Positions 1 to 13,134 of a DNA stretch of 63,208 nt are shown piece after piece (position 1 is the stretch's first letter; every line of letters begins with the position of its first letter). A program made the position numbers and the translations under genes. The notes under the pieces are model-generated. The model worked only from the letters and a program-made list of their open reading frames with translations. It made no database searches and was not told where the DNA came from. The stretch lies in the NCBI GenBank assembly GCA_054600435.1, contig BAAIJX010000045.1, forward strand, positions 124,001 to 187,208. The letters are read 5' to 3'. The DNA comes from Neophaeotheca triangularis (Eukaryota).

Positions 1-1567
1 TCGGGTCCGCAGGGTACTCGCTCGGCTTGTCGCTCTCGTCGTCCACAAAGTCGTCTTCCGAAACCATTTCGACGTCCGAGTCTTCGATGTTGATGGAAAC
101 TGGCCTCCCCAGTGCCACGGCCACTGATCGATCCCGCGTGAAGAGTGTCCACCAGATCCGCTTCCACAATCGCTTATCCGCCTTGCTGAGCTGTGAGCCT
201 TCGACACTGTAAGTTTTCTTAGCAGCTTTCCAATCCTCAATGCATAACCCATACAGCCGGACTAGGGCTCCAAACTCACCTCCTGTGCATGCCAGACCCT
301 TGCGCAACTATCACAGCCACCCTACTCCAGTAGAATACGTTTTTAGTCACGTCTGCCGCAATGTCAGACCGTGCTTGTGGCGCGAGGTCCAGTCTTTGTG
401 CATTCTTACCCTCAGGCCCCTCCCAGTACCATCCCATGAGAATCAGAGCCTGGACGATTGTCACCCTGTCGTCTTCGTAATTCGCGTCGTAGAGCGCTTT
501 GGCACGCTTATAAAAAGTCATGGCAGCCGGTGTCGTGGAGCCGTTGGCGTCCATGAGCTGTGGATTGCTGCAGACTCTGGAGCCGGCGAGCAGTATGGCT
601 TGCAAAAGAAGCAACGACGGAGGGTTCTTAGAGTCTCGATATCGTCGCATGAATTTGCTGCGGTTGATGACAGGGACAACTGGGGCAATCCATTGGAAAT
701 AGGCATCTACCAGCTCATCACACAACGCTCGCGGAGGTAGCAGAAACGCTCCTCTTTGGTGCAGAATGTCGATTTCAACGTTGTCGAGCTCGTTGACACG
801 CGCACGTGCCCCTCTCACATTCTCCGGCAGCGGATAATGCACCACATCAGTAGTACCATGCCTGTCCTGAACCAAGAGCGACAAATTCGAAGATTCACCC
901 AGATAAGCGACTCGTCCGGCCTCTTTTATAGGAGCACGTGCAAATTTGGGCTTCATGAACTGCGCCCACGTTCCATTTGTAACCTGTTGCTGTGAGGTGT
1001 ACTGATCCGACATGGCAGTCTTGGGCATACCAGCTGGGGAGTTGGCCCCAATCTTCTCTGGAAAGTCACGAGGCATGACGAGGTCCCGTAGAGCGCCCGC
1101 ATCCTTGGAATATGTGTCGCTGCGAACTCCGGGAGAGCGATCCGAGTCTGCATAGTCGGTGCCGCCCCTCTGGCTCTCGGTGTCCTTGTCCTTGTTCTTC
1201 GCGTGTTTCTTCCTCTTGGGCGTGGGGATTTTGCACTCAATGGAAAAGGCAACGCAGTTGGTGCAGGGCACACCAAGGCTTGCGGCATCGCAGCGTACTT
1301 TACGCGCGTGACACGTCTGTAAGGCGTGTTAGCAAGCCATGTCCATGTATTCTCTCGTCTTTCCTTGTATGCTCAAGGCTTTGGACATACCTCGCACGCT
1401 CTACTGGCTCTCTGCCTCCTAAAGCTGGGATGGCCGGGAATCTGATTGCTCGGCGCGCCGGTGCCAGGAGCAGCTGCCATGTTGCTGTTGTTGCCGTTTC
1501 CGTTGCCAGTCGTTGGCGGAGTCGGGTCGCCAGAGCTCATGGCAGCGATCGGACGTTGGTCGGCCAT
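1..1567 (-). CDS. farA: Zn(II)2Cys6 transcription factor, cutinase transcription factor 1-alpha / FarA orthologue (3' part runs off the window start)
   Basis: Spliced translation gives RRQRASRACETCHARKVRCDAASLGVPCTNCVAFSIECKIPTPKRKK, then FMKPKFARAPIKEAGRVAYLGESSNLSLL and a fungal TF middle-homology region, as in CTF1-alpha/FarA. GT-AG introns at about 1317-1390, 353-409 and 207-279. Confidence 0.93.
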
Positions 1568-4371
1568 GTCCAGCCAGCGCGACGCAGGAATCCCCCGAAC
1601 AACTAACCTACCTACCGCAGGACAACGTCAGACAGGCAGGCTGCCCGGAGCGTGAGTCGGGCTTGGAAGGCAGGTAGTAGCGACAGAGCGTGACGTGCGC
1701 TCGACTCTTTGCAGATGGCTCCAGCCAATGGCCGCCCGGCAGTTTCGTCCTGACGCTTGCTCTCACTATTCTCGCGACTGCGGGGCCCTGTCTGCAACAC
1801 CCGGGCGAAGTTGGGTGAGGTCGAGGGCAGTGACGGGTCCGCGTCGTAACTTTCGGACAGATCACGTACGTCCGAGTGCAAGTTGTGAAGGCTGCGGTGC
1901 GGGTAGCTGGCGTGGGTCTACTGGGGGCGGTAGCGGTAGAAGCCGTTGCGCAATTATGAAGAAGCCAAAATGGAAGCAATTCCAGTTGCGCGCGATGCCC
2001 CGGGAGGCCAGTCTAGAAGCGCAAGAAGCACGGGCAGTAGTGAATGGTCAGGCGCCGGCTTTGTTGTTGTCGTTGACTGCTATTGTCGCGATGTGGGGGG
2101 AGGAGTGGTGGTGGTGTATGTATGCGTGCTGTGGTAGTGGTAGTGGTAGTGGAGGCGGTGGTGGTGGTAGTGGTAATGGGCAAGACAAGATGGTAGTAGT
2201 GTCACTTGGTACTGACCATTACCTGGTACTACTGGTCGGTGCAGTGCAAGCAGTAGCCAGCTTCTCTACCGGTGCCGGTACACCTTCTTAGGTAGCTAGC
2301 TGCTCTCGTCCAAAGCGGAGTATCTCTGGCAAAGACGACGTCTGTGATTGGCGCGCTTGAGCCGTTCGGTGCCCTTTTGACACAGCTTAGGGCTGTCTGC
2401 CCCGGACACTACTAGTAGTAAGTCTACTACCTAACTGCTCCCGCTCCTTGACCAAGCATTATAATTTCTAACAATCCAACTGCCTTTGTTACTAAAACTA
2501 TCCATATATCGAGAGGTACCAGTTACCGACCTCCCGTTGGGCCACCTTTTCCCTCTGCCAAACTTCCCGCCTTATGTCCCCGCGCAGGAGTGAGCCACGG
2601 GCTAGCTGTCAACCCGGTCGCGCCCGAATGATCGACGTTCCATCTATGTCCTCCGCGGTGGGAGGGTGATCGCGTGGTATAATAAAACTAGGCGATGAGA
2701 TCTTCTAGAGGGGTTCCCAACTTCAAGCCGAGGTAACAATTTCGACTAGCATGTGAAGCTTCCAGCTTGTTGTCCGACTGCGACAGCGAGATGAAGTCGT
2801 CCACGCCAATAATAATCCCTTCCTCACCGTTTCAAGGTTATGTAGACGGAAATACACCAGCAGGGACCTTTCATCTTCGCATTCTGTACACGTCACTCCC
2901 ACCGCAGTGGTGCTCGTTGTATCACTCCCGCAGCAAAAATGGGGTCCCATCCTGATACCAGCAGACGGGGCAAGGCATCAATCGTACATACGCAGGTACA
3001 TCCGATGCAAGACGTCCCCTCAGCTGTCAGTCAAGCACTTGGCCGCAAAAGCCCTCCCATCCGTACTAGTATCCGTGTCACAAAAGCAAGTATAAGCATC
3101 TAGCATGAGGTGCCTCTCACCATTCCCATCACAAAAGCTGCAAGTACCTAAACACCTCCATACAAACCCAACACCCGACTCCACCCTCATTACCGCAAGG
3201 CCATCCCCCTCCATCCTCCTAAATCCGAAACACACACGATCACCGACTCGAACCCCAGCAAAAGCCCCTGACACATCACGCACATCCTCCCGTCTGATCT
3301 TCCGCAGCCGTTCCACCATCGCGACCTGCCGCCCGTTCGTGTCCCTTCTTAATCATCTCGGCTTTGAGTTGTGAGGTATATATTCATGTATATTTATATA
3401 CATGTGTACCCATTATGGCGATGCTCGCTGCTGGGCTGCCTCTTTAGGGGCTAAGGGGGTGTTCATCCACTCTCTTCGTTGAAAGCCGTCACGCTGCGCG
3501 AAAGACATTATGGCTGTGACAGCTTGGGGGCCCGCGCTATCGTACATGTTGATATAGCTGGAGCGCTCTTTGCCGGGTTCTATGAGGAGGCCGGGGGAGG
3601 GATTCTGCGGAAGCTTGGAAGGGAGTGACGTGCTGTGCTTTTTCCATCGACTACCTAGGTACTGTAGTAATGTGTATGTGACCCTCGGGCCAGCTATGGA
3701 GCTCGGGTGTGTTTCAGGCATGGCCTTGAGAGTTGCCTCTTATGACCTTCAGGGAGTGGAGGTGGATGCGGAGGCAGAGGAGAGGCCGAAGGGGAGGATG
3801 TCGTGATTTGGCAAATACCTCTGCCTCTTCCTCTGTCTCCACTCCATCGCTGACACAGCGGCAATCTTCGAGCCTACCAATCGGCGGAAGAGATGGGATA
3901 TGGGGTCGATGGCAAGGAAGTGCCCAAGAAGCAGTACATCCACGCCTTCCCAGAACCACAGCCAGTAACTAGCAAAGTCGAGTAGTCGATGGCAGACATT
4001 TTCACCTAAGAAGAGCCCCCACGCAGTAATCTTGTGCCTTATTAACATCCAACCAAATCTGGGGGTATACAGGAGCGTTTCTGTTCTTGTTGTGTGCTAC
4101 GTCAGTAAAATTCATGGCAGCGCAAAAGCCATAAACTCGAAGCGAAAAAGCAGCCAACTAGATCAGACAGGCCTTTGACTTATGTATTTTTCCGTCACAA
4201 GGGATAGGATTTCAACAACGTTCAAAATTTGTTCATCATCATGCAAAAGCAAGGCAAGGGGAGCGTACTCGAGGGAAATTGTGAACGTACCTTTCGACAT
4301 GTCAAATGTACGCACCACCGTACTTCGCGCTGGCATATCACACCAGCCTGTCGCAGCTTGCAAGCGAGCGC

Positions 4372-5318
4372 CTACCGAGCAGCATCCCGCTTGAGGACAG
4401 CAACATGCACCACGAAACCGCTGCCCTCACCGAGTCCCTCTGTCAACTCGCTATCGGGAACGCGCCAGACCCTGAACCTGCGCATGAACGTCTCGAGCCA
4501 TAGCTCAAAAACATCCGGCTGGCGCAGCTGCTGCACGATAACGCATACAGTCGCCTCTACAGGTCCCTCACCATCCGCAACCTCGCGCATGCCGCAGATA
4601 TCGGCGCAAGTCTGCGTAAAAGGCTCCACGAGCGCGTAGTTGTAGATGGAGTCGCAGGATAGGACGACATCGACACTGGTGGGGAAACCTTGGGCTCTGA
4701 GCACGCTGGGCGCGTCGGTGGTTTCCCAGTCCAGAGGTGCTGTCTGTACATTTGGCGCAACAGCTTGCGCGCGGGCGGTAGATGTTCTGGACGCTTTCTG
4801 CGGTTTGCTGGTGGTTTTGAGATTGGCGTCGAGGTTCTCTTGCAGCAGCTTCAGCGCATAAAGCTGATCCGTGGCTAGGTAGGCTGCGACTTTGGGCGCG
4901 AGCACGCACGGCACGAGGGCTGAGATGCCGGAGCCTAGTTCGAGGACTGTGCTGGAGGACTTTAGGATGCCTTCGCGGTAGAGAAGATTGTCGGGTTTTG
5001 CAAGCCATTCAGCTGCTCGGAGGGAGCTTTGCCAGACTGCTGAAGCTGTGGTGCCGCTGCCTCGGTTGGATTGGAGGGACCCCGGGGACTGTTTAATGGT
5101 GAAGTCGCGGTTGGAGATTGTGAGGTCTAGCGATGGGGCTTTAGGGTCGAGCATTCCGAGGTCTTGGGATATTGGTGGGTTGGAGAAGAGGTCGAATGTT
5201 TCTGAAGCAGGTCTTGTTAGCCCCGCAGTTGAGAATAGAGTGTGATGTGGTACAAACCTTCAGACGCATCTTCTATGGCGGATCCAAGATAGCTAAAGGC
5301 ATTGTCGAGGTGAAGCAT
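4372..5318 (-). CDS. RKM5: Seven-beta-strand lysine methyltransferase, Rkm5-like
   Basis: IKQSPGSLQSNRGSGTTASAVWQSS, SAM motif VLELGSGISAL, ATDQ, LDWE and SCDSIYNYALV. Exon 1 (ATG 5318, MLHLDNAF...) joins via intron 5202-5257 (GTTTGT...GCTAAC...CAG) to ETFDLFS. Confidence 0.8.
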
Positions 5319-6216
5319 TGTATTGATATCTCGTAAGCCACAGGAGGTAGGAGGTAGGTATTTGAGCTTTTAGACTGTCTTCATCCAGCCAGCAACATGT
5401 CGTTCCTCAACGGCAAATGGCGCATCTTGCTTGATGCCACTGCTCAGATATGAGATGGAGCAGCAACAGATGCGTGGCAGAAGAAGTGTTGGCTGCTTCT
5501 TCAGGGAGTATCTATACTCGTGGCTTGTGAAGGAAAGGGCTGATGAGATGTAGAAATCTTCACAGGTCTTCTCCTACCTCATCCGTGCTCATATCTACCT
5601 AAGCTTGCCGGACAGAGCCGAAGTAGCGTTGAAGATCGCGGTGGAGCGTGAGGGTGGGTGCCGTGCGTGTGTGCCGTGGCTGGTAGTGGCCATGGTGGAG
5701 CAATCATGGTCACGACTCGGGTAAGCAGATGCAACCTACACTACTATTGAAGAACCTGAGACCTCAGCGTTTCTGGTGAGCTGTAGCAAACTCAAGAGGT
5801 GACGTCGCAGAGAGTGGCCAAAGCTCCCCAGTCCCCTCCAGTCGCACCTGCCTTGCCCTGCCATGCCATGCCAGGCTGCCACGCCTGCCCTCTCTTTCTC
5901 ACCTGTTGCCTGCAGTCTGCACTACGTCAAGTTACTAGTACTGTGCAGTCTTTTGTCGCGTACAAACTCAATACCAAGGCCAACGCCGTGCCGCCGAGCT
6001 TCAGCTACACGCACGAGTAACAAGCCAACGCGAACTTATCACACAACTCTTCCGTCATCTCCCCGGCCAGCTACCTTACCTTTAGCTACCTTACCTTACC
6101 TTACCCGCCAGCGTCCACCATCACCTGCACATCGCTTCCACCTGTGCATGTCTTTCGACTCCATCCCGCATCCATCCCACTTCACCACCTCCACCACCAC
6201 TTCCTCTAACAACACC

Positions 6217-8438
6217 ATGGCCGACATCATGAAGCGCAAGGACTTGAAGTCCATGGTGCCACAGCCCAAAATGTACAAGAAGCCTCCCTTCAGCGTCGAA
6301 GCTCCCGGCTACTCCAAGGTCGAAGGCGAGACCATCCCGCGCAGAAACTACCGTTGCAAGGACGAGCTCGCGACCAGGCCCGACCCGGACGTCGGCACCG
6401 TCTACGACATTCTGCGCTACTCCAGCAAGAAGTATGGTAATGCAAAGGCCCTGGGCAAGCGCAAGCTCATCAAAATGCACGAGGAGAACAAAAAGGTCAA
6501 GAAGATGGTCGATGGGCAAGAGCAAGAGGTTGACAAGAAGTGGACCTACTTCGAGCTGACTGCCTACGAGTACATGAGCTTCGTCGAATACGAGCAAACG
6601 GCGCTCAAGATTGGCCAGGGTTTCCGCGCTCTCGGTATGGAAAAGGGCGATCGCGTCCACCTTTACGCTGCCACACACCCTTACTGGCTTGCCACGGCGC
6701 ACGGAGCCGCCAGTCAGAGCATGCCCATTGTCACCGCCTATGACACGCTCGGAGAGGAAGGTCTTAAGCACTCGCTCCAGCAGACTCACGCAAAGGCCAT
6801 CTTCCTAGACGCACACCTGATGCAGAGGCTGGTCAACCCTCTCAAGGATGCCAAAGACATCCAGCACGTCATCTACAACGACGATGATTCCGCTACCAAC
6901 AAGCAAGACCCAGAGGATGTGGCGCAATGGAGCAAGCAGCTACAGGACGCTCACCCCCACCTTACCATCACCAGCTTCAGCGATTTTCTCAAAAAGGGCG
7001 AGCAGAACCAGGTCGAGCCTGTTGCACCTTCGCCTGAAGACCTGTGCTGCATCATGTACACATCCGGCTCGACGGGCACGCCAAAGGGCGTCTTGCTCAC
7101 CCACGAGAACGTTGTGGCTGCCATTGCAGGTGTCGACGTGATTGTTGGGCCATACATCGGACCCGGCGACGGCCTCCTCACATACTTGCCTCTTGCACAC
7201 ATTCTCGAGTTCATGTTCGAGAACGCCTGTCTCTACTGGGGTGGTACCATGGGTTACGGTAACCCGAAGACTATTTCCTCGGCAAACGTCCGAAACTGCC
7301 AGGGCGACATTGCCGAGTTCAAGCCTACCATCCTAGTCGGTGTTCCCGCAGTGTGGGAGACCGTCAAGAAGGGTATCATGGGCGTTGTGAGCAAGAAGGG
7401 CGCAGTCGCACAAAACATGTTCTGGGGTGCCATGAACGCCAAATCCTTCCTCATGGACAACGCCGGCTACGTTCCCTTCGGTGGCATGGGTACTAGCGTC
7501 ATCGACAATGTTGTCTTCAAGAAGGTACAAGAGCAGACCGGTGGACGTCTGAGGATCTGCATGAACGGTGGTGGCCCAATTGCAAAGGACACACAGCGCT
7601 TCATCTCCATGGCCATCGCGCCCATGATTTCTGGCTACGGCTCCACGGAAACCGCAGCCATGGGTGCCCTCACCGACCCTCTCGCCTGGACTGACTCTGC
7701 CCTCGGCGAAATGCCCGGCTCCGTCGAGATTAAACTCGTCGACTTCCCCGACGCCGGCTACTACAGCACCAACAACCCCCCTCAAGGCGAAATCTGGATT
7801 CGCGGCGCTCCCATCACAAAGGGCTACCTCGACCTCGAATCCGAAACCAAAGAGTCCTTCACCGACGACGGCTGGTTCAAGACGGGCGACATTGGCGAAT
7901 TCGACAAGATGGGCCAGCTGCGCATCATCGATCGCAAGAAGAACCTGGTCAAGACCCTGGCGGGCGAGTACATTGCCCTGGAGAAGCTCGAGTCCATCTA
8001 CCGCTCTGTGCCCGTCGTCGGCAACATCTGTGTATACGCCGCCGAGGATCGCAACAAGCCCGTCGCCATCATCGTGCCCCAGGAGCCCGCTCTCAAGAAG
8101 TTGGCGAGCGAGAACGGTATCGAAGACCAGGGATACGAGCAACTGTGTCAGAACGACAAGCTCAACGGTGTCGTGCTGAGGGAGATGCAAAAGTCCGGCA
8201 AGCAGGGCGGATTGAACGGTATCGAGATCATCGATGGTGTCGTGTTGAGTGATGAGGAGTGGACGCCGCAGAATGTGAGTTTTCACCCCACTCCCTAATG
8301 CCAACAATCTCTATCTGAGTGCAATCATCGCTAACTCTTGTATGTCAGGGTCTTACCACATCAGCGCAAAAGCTCAACCGCAAGGGCATCTTGCAAAAGT
8401 ACCAAAAGGAGGTCGAGAAGGCTTATGGCGGCAAGTAG
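6217..8438 (+). CDS. FAA1: Long-chain fatty acyl-CoA synthetase (Faa1/Faa4 type)
   Basis: AMP-binding motif IMYTSGSTGTPKGV, YLPLAHILE, GYGSTET and DGWFKTGDIGE...IIDRKKNLVK. Likely start is ATG 6217. Intron 8275-8348 leads to the last exon GLTTSAQKLNRK...GGK*. Confidence 0.93.
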
Positions 8439-9431
8439 AGAAAGGAATGAGACCTGCAGGAAGGAGAAGGGCTTGTGGATACTTGAACAGACGCCCGGAC
8501 GCAGAATGACGGTAATGAACAGCAAGCGGGCGTTTACTTTTTTACAGCGCGCATGTGTGTCTTTCAACAATACCTTAGCTAGTTTTTTTAATCCCCTCTC
8601 ATGGCGTTTACGGCTTTTTGTAGTGGTATTGAAGAATTGAACTAAAAGAGTCTTCTCAGCTTCCTTGTGTCCCTGGTAAAGGCTATCGGAAATCGCCTGC
8701 TGTTGTCCCCTAGCCCATAGGTCTGCAGCAAACACTGGCGGGATATCCATTCCTCACGAGAATCGCACATCTACCCACCCATCCCTGCAGAGTCATGAGG
8801 CCAGTAATCCATCCCTGCGACTTGCACACAACAGAATCCCCCTCTCCTACCCAAGAACCAAGCGACCTCAACACCAACCCAGCTCAGCCAAACCACCAAA
8901 ACCCCCTAATCCCGGAAGAACCCCAAGCACTTCCATAATCGTCCAGTCGCATTGCCAGCCGCGTAGACAATCATGCACGCTCGTCTCTCATGCCCTACGA
9001 TCGTGGACTTTTCACATGGGTTTGGATGGATTCGCAATCTACTCTGTCCGCCGTGGCAAAGGGCTTGGGTTCGGCGCGGCGGGTATTACTTAGGGAGGTC
9101 GATTAGGGCTGGGGGGTTTTGGGCCGGTCTGCCGTGGCTTTGCTTGGTGGGCTGATGGGTGGGATGCATGAGTGGCGACTGAGCTCGAGGAAATGGGGTC
9201 TGGTGGGCGAGATGGGTTGAGTTCTTTGCTCGGTCAGGGGTGAAGATTGGCATGGCTTGGATGCGACTGCGGTCGGTGTTGTGGTTTTCTTTCTTCCCAG
9301 TCTGTGCAGGGGGTGGCGGGAAGACTGGCCAAGAAGTGGAGAGTCCACACAACAACTGGTTTCGACAATCGCGGCGAGCGGACATGCAGCAGCAGTCTGG
9401 CCCCCAATCGCACATGCTGAGTCTGGCGATC

Positions 9432-12400
9432 TCATTCCTCCGGTTCATCCTTGATCACAATCGGCTCTGCCACGCCATCCCCCTCACCATCTGGCTCCCT
9501 TTCCCCCTCACTCCCAACGACGACCCTCCTGCTCCCTCCGTCCTCCCTCTTAACCTCAATCACCTCGACCCTCGCCCCGCGCCTCGGCCTCACCTCTTCC
9601 GCCACAACGACAGTCTCAATCCCCGCCGGCACGGCCTCATCATCCGGGCCCCAAGGCAAATTATCCACATCAATCTCCCGATTCAGCAAACTCTTCAGAA
9701 CAACCTCCGCGCCCGCTTTACTCATAACCTGATTGGCCTCTTTACAGCGCTCGCTGCAACAGCACTCCAAGCAACCCTCGTGGCAATGACAAGCTTCCAC
9801 ACGATCGCACGCCTGATTGAGCAGCAGATCGACAAACTCAAAAGCTTTTGCCGCGATCCCCGAGCCGTGCTGGCCGCCTTTGGCGTCGTAGAAAGTCAGT
9901 CTCGCCGGACGTTTGCGGCTACTTTCCTTTTTCGCGAATTCCTTAATGGCGACTTTACATTCCGTCTTGACGTCGCCGGGCATGCTGATGACAAAGTTTG
10001 GCATCAGACTGAGGACTGCGTGTTCGGCGGCGTGAATGGCGGCCGCGAGGTTCAAGCGGCGGGAGTTGAGGATCTGGACCGCCGACTTGGGAACGTCGAG
10101 CCACATGCCTTTGCTGTAGATGATGATGGGGGGGTTGTCGACTTGGACGGCGTCGAGGATGCGGCGTTTTTTGTCGACTTTGAAGAAGCCGAAGACGTTT
10201 TGGTGCACTTTGATGGCGCCGAAGAAGGCGCGGCTCAGACTGCCTGGGATGCGCCGGATGGCTTCGGTTTCCACGGGGTCAATGTCGGTGTAGTCGCGTT
10301 GTTGGGTTGTCCAGTCGACTTTGACATGCTCGACTTTGGCGATCATACGTTCCGTGCTCATTTCTTTGACTAGGTAGGTGTGACCTTGATGCATGAAGAT
10401 GCCGCCTTCGTAGATTGTGAAGAAGGCGCGGCTGGCTTCGAGTTCTTCCAGGACCACGTTGCGATTGTGCGAGATGTCTACGATGGCGAAGTGCGAGTCT
10501 TCGGTGTCGCGGATGGCGACGGTGCGGGAAGGGGAAGGTAGAAAGCGCTCGGCGGTATGGTAGAAGCCTAGCTCGTCTAGGCGGAGTCGTTCTGAGCATA
10601 TCTCGGGCAATCCTTTGCCAAAGTAGATTTTGTCTTCGTCGGGTCGGACGGGCATTTCGTGAGCGGCGCATTGGATGTGGCCTTCGAGAACTAGCATGTT
10701 TTGCAAATCGACCTGGAGCTCGCAGTTGGGTTTTGTGAAGATCTCGTCCGGATTGGCCATGTAGTATTGGTCCGTCGGGAAGCAGTCACCGATTAGGACA
10801 CTCAAGCTGTCCTTGTTCCTCCTCCCTGCTCTACCACTCTGTTGGCGTAGGTTTGCGATGGTGTAAGGGAAGCCGACTGTGACTACGGCATCCAAAGACC
10901 CAATGTCGACTCCCAGCTCTAGGGCGCTCGTGCCTACAATCCCCACCAGTTTTCCCTCGAACATCTCCTTCTCAATCTTCCGCCGGTCTTGAGGCGTATA
11001 GCCACCGCGGTACGCCATGACTCTAGCCATGACTTCCGACCTCTCCAACGTAGCGAGCTCAGCCTTGACAGCACCAATCATAATCTCACACTGCTTCCGC
11101 ACCCGACAAAAAGCAATAACCCTCACGCCTCTAAGGATAAGCTGGCAAAACAACCTCGCAGTCTCGGCAAAAGTATCGCCACGCCCAGACGAAGGATCTC
11201 CAGGGTCTTTGAACGGCGTATTCCAGCACAAAAACTCCTTCCTCCCGCTCGGCGAGCCGTCAAAATCCACCAACTTGACGTCTTCCAGCCCGAAAATCGT
11301 CCGCATGTGCTCCTCCGGGTTGGCGACTGTGGCACTGCACGAGATGAAGCGCACTTTGCGGTTGCCGACCGCGGCGCATATTCGTCTGAGCCGACGCATG
11401 ATGAGCGCGACGTGCGCGCCGAAGAGACCATTGTAGACGTGCAGCTCATCGACTACGACGAAGCGGAGGTTCTGCAAAAAGGTGCGCCAGCTTTCCTCTT
11501 GCGGAAGGATCGTGAGGTGCAGCATGTCGGGGTTTGTGAAGATGACGCTGGCTTCGTCGCGGAGGCGGCTGCGTTCGGACATTGGCGTGTCGCCGTCGAA
11601 GGTGTCGCAGACCATGTTCTCCAGCCCGGGGAGGTAGGTCAAGAGGTCCTTGAGGCTTCGTCGCTGATCTTGCGCCAGTGCTTTTGTAGGGAAAATGTAC
11701 ATTGCTCGTGTTTGCGGCTCGGATTCCATGGCGTGCAATACTGGCAATTGGTAGATTAGGGACTTTCCCGACGAGGTAGAGGTAGAGACGATTACGTTTT
11801 GACCCTCGTGGAGCGCATTGATTGCTTCCGCTTGGTGGCTGTAGAGTTGTTGTATACCGCGAGTATTGTATAGAGCATTTACTACATCCTGGCTAAGAGC
11901 AAAGTTCAGGTCGCCATAGATGGGCTCCTGCGGGTCGAACACCCTGTGGCCATCCGGTACTATCTGACCAGTGTACCACTCCAAACCTTTGAGGTCGTTG
12001 ATGATGGTAGGTATGCTCTCCCGCTCGGTCGGTATGCTCTTGGGCAGCTTGCTCTTATCACTCTCTACCGCAGGCGTATTGCCTCTGCTTTCCGGAGCGG
12101 GTACGTACAGCCTGTACTCTGCGTCAAGCCTCTGAACAGGATCTTTACCTTGTTCCGCGCATTCGTTGAGCCAGCCGTTGATTGCGGACGTGAACTTGAC
12201 GTTGCGCTTCTCTATCAACTTCGTCATCTGTTTCTGGCTGAACACGGGCATTTTGAGATCTTCTTCCCGTAACTTCCTCGTTGCTTTGGTGGGCTCGCCA
12301 GTTTTTGAACTGGTGACTTGCCGCTTCAGATCGCCGTCTACAAACTCAAACAGCAGTACTTCAGCGTTACTGCTCTTACCCTCGGCGTCGTCGTTGTTGT

Positions 12401-12986
12401 CCTGTTCCCTTGGGTTCATAGGGAAGAATTCCTTGACCCGTCTATTCTTCATCAAGCCATCCTCCTCGCCCATGAGATTAACCTGCAGCATGGCCTCGTC
12501 GATGTATTGGAAGTTGATCGCTCTAGGCACGAGCGCCTTGATCTTTGCAACATCTTCAACGGTGAGCGCTCGCTTCGTATTGGCTTCGACGGCGCTTTTG
12601 ATCGTATCGAAGGTGGTGGCGAGGTGCTTGCGGGTGCAGCAGAAAGTGTAGACGAGGTTGAGCGCCTTGTGAGTTTGCGACAGTCTTGTCAACTCCTCGG
12701 GCCACGGTATTGACGTCTCAACGTTGGCCGAGGAGTCGCGACGCAGCGCCGGAGGCTTCTCTCCGACCTTCCCCTTGCCTTTGGGTGTACGGCGAGGTTT
12801 CGTCCCGCCATCGTGCGTCTTGGTAGGTACGCTCGTCGAAGCCGTACTTGGTGTCAGAGGGCTCTCTGCAGGTTCGGGCTCGGCCGTGGGTGCAGTCTCA
12901 GACGGCTCATCCTCAGTTTCCTGTCTCTTCCTCTTGGGCTTCCGCACGATCTGGTTCGAGACGGTGGCCGCTTGTAGTTTGACCAT
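9432..12986 (-). CDS. HRQ1: RecQ4-family DEAH-box helicase Hrq1 with C-terminal DUF1998 Zn-binding domain
   Basis: 1184-aa intronless ORF with LYSHQAEA, STSTSSGKS, FPTKALAQDQ, VVVDELH, SATVANP, TSALELGVDIG and QQSGRAGRR. C-terminal AAIHAAEHA...CHCHEGCLECC. Confidence 0.93.
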   Translation of the reverse strand: MVKLQAATVSNQIVRKPKRKRQETEDEPSETAPTAEPEPAESPLTPSTASTSVPTKTHDGGTKPRRTPKGKGKVGEKPPALRRDSSANVETSIPWPEELTRLSQTHKALNLVYTFCCTRKHLATTFDTIKSAVEANTKRALTVEDVAKIKALVPRAINFQYIDEAMLQVNLMGEEDGLMKNRRVKEFFPMNPREQDNNDDAEGKSSNAEVLLFEFVDGDLKRQVTSSKTGEPTKATRKLREEDLKMPVFSQKQMTKLIEKRNVKFTSAINGWLNECAEQGKDPVQRLDAEYRLYVPAPESRGNTPAVESDKSKLPKSIPTERESIPTIINDLKGLEWYTGQIVPDGHRVFDPQEPIYGDLNFALSQDVVNALYNTRGIQQLYSHQAEAINALHEGQNVIVSTSTSSGKSLIYQLPVLHAMESEPQTRAMYIFPTKALAQDQRRSLKDLLTYLPGLENMVCDTFDGDTPMSERSRLRDEASVIFTNPDMLHLTILPQEESWRTFLQNLRFVVVDELHVYNGLFGAHVALIMRRLRRICAAVGNRKVRFISCSATVANPEEHMRTIFGLEDVKLVDFDGSPSGRKEFLCWNTPFKDPGDPSSGRGDTFAETARLFCQLILRGVRVIAFCRVRKQCEIMIGAVKAELATLERSEVMARVMAYRGGYTPQDRRKIEKEMFEGKLVGIVGTSALELGVDIGSLDAVVTVGFPYTIANLRQQSGRAGRRNKDSLSVLIGDCFPTDQYYMANPDEIFTKPNCELQVDLQNMLVLEGHIQCAAHEMPVRPDEDKIYFGKGLPEICSERLRLDELGFYHTAERFLPSPSRTVAIRDTEDSHFAIVDISHNRNVVLEELEASRAFFTIYEGGIFMHQGHTYLVKEMSTERMIAKVEHVKVDWTTQQRDYTDIDPVETEAIRRIPGSLSRAFFGAIKVHQNVFGFFKVDKKRRILDAVQVDNPPIIIYSKGMWLDVPKSAVQILNSRRLNLAAAIHAAEHAVLSLMPNFVISMPGDVKTECKVAIKEFAKKESSRKRPARLTFYDAKGGQHGSGIAAKAFEFVDLLLNQACDRVEACHCHEGCLECCCSERCKEANQVMSKAGAEVVLKSLLNREIDVDNLPWGPDDEAVPAGIETVVVAEEVRPRRGARVEVIEVKREDGGSRRVVVGSEGEREPDGEGDGVAEPIVIKDEPEE

Positions 12987-13134
12987 TGCTAGCCAGTATT
13001 GACGTGTGTCGTGTGCTCCCTTGTCTCCTAGTCCCGACCAACCACGAGAGAAAGCTTAGCAGCCCGTTACGAGTGTGGTGTTGTCCATGGAGTAGGTAAG
13101 GTACCTGAATGTTGTAAAGGTCAAGAACAACCTC

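Noticed and set aside
2700..4360. Several 80-100 aa ORFs between farA and RKM5
   Set aside because: No recognisable motifs or consistent splice model. The region may hold a degenerate gene, but I cannot support one.
5863..6216. N-terminal extension of the FAA1 ORF (similarly 30234-30581 for mpdA)
   Set aside because: Pyrimidine-rich UTR or intron-like sequence; family similarity begins at the downstream Met.
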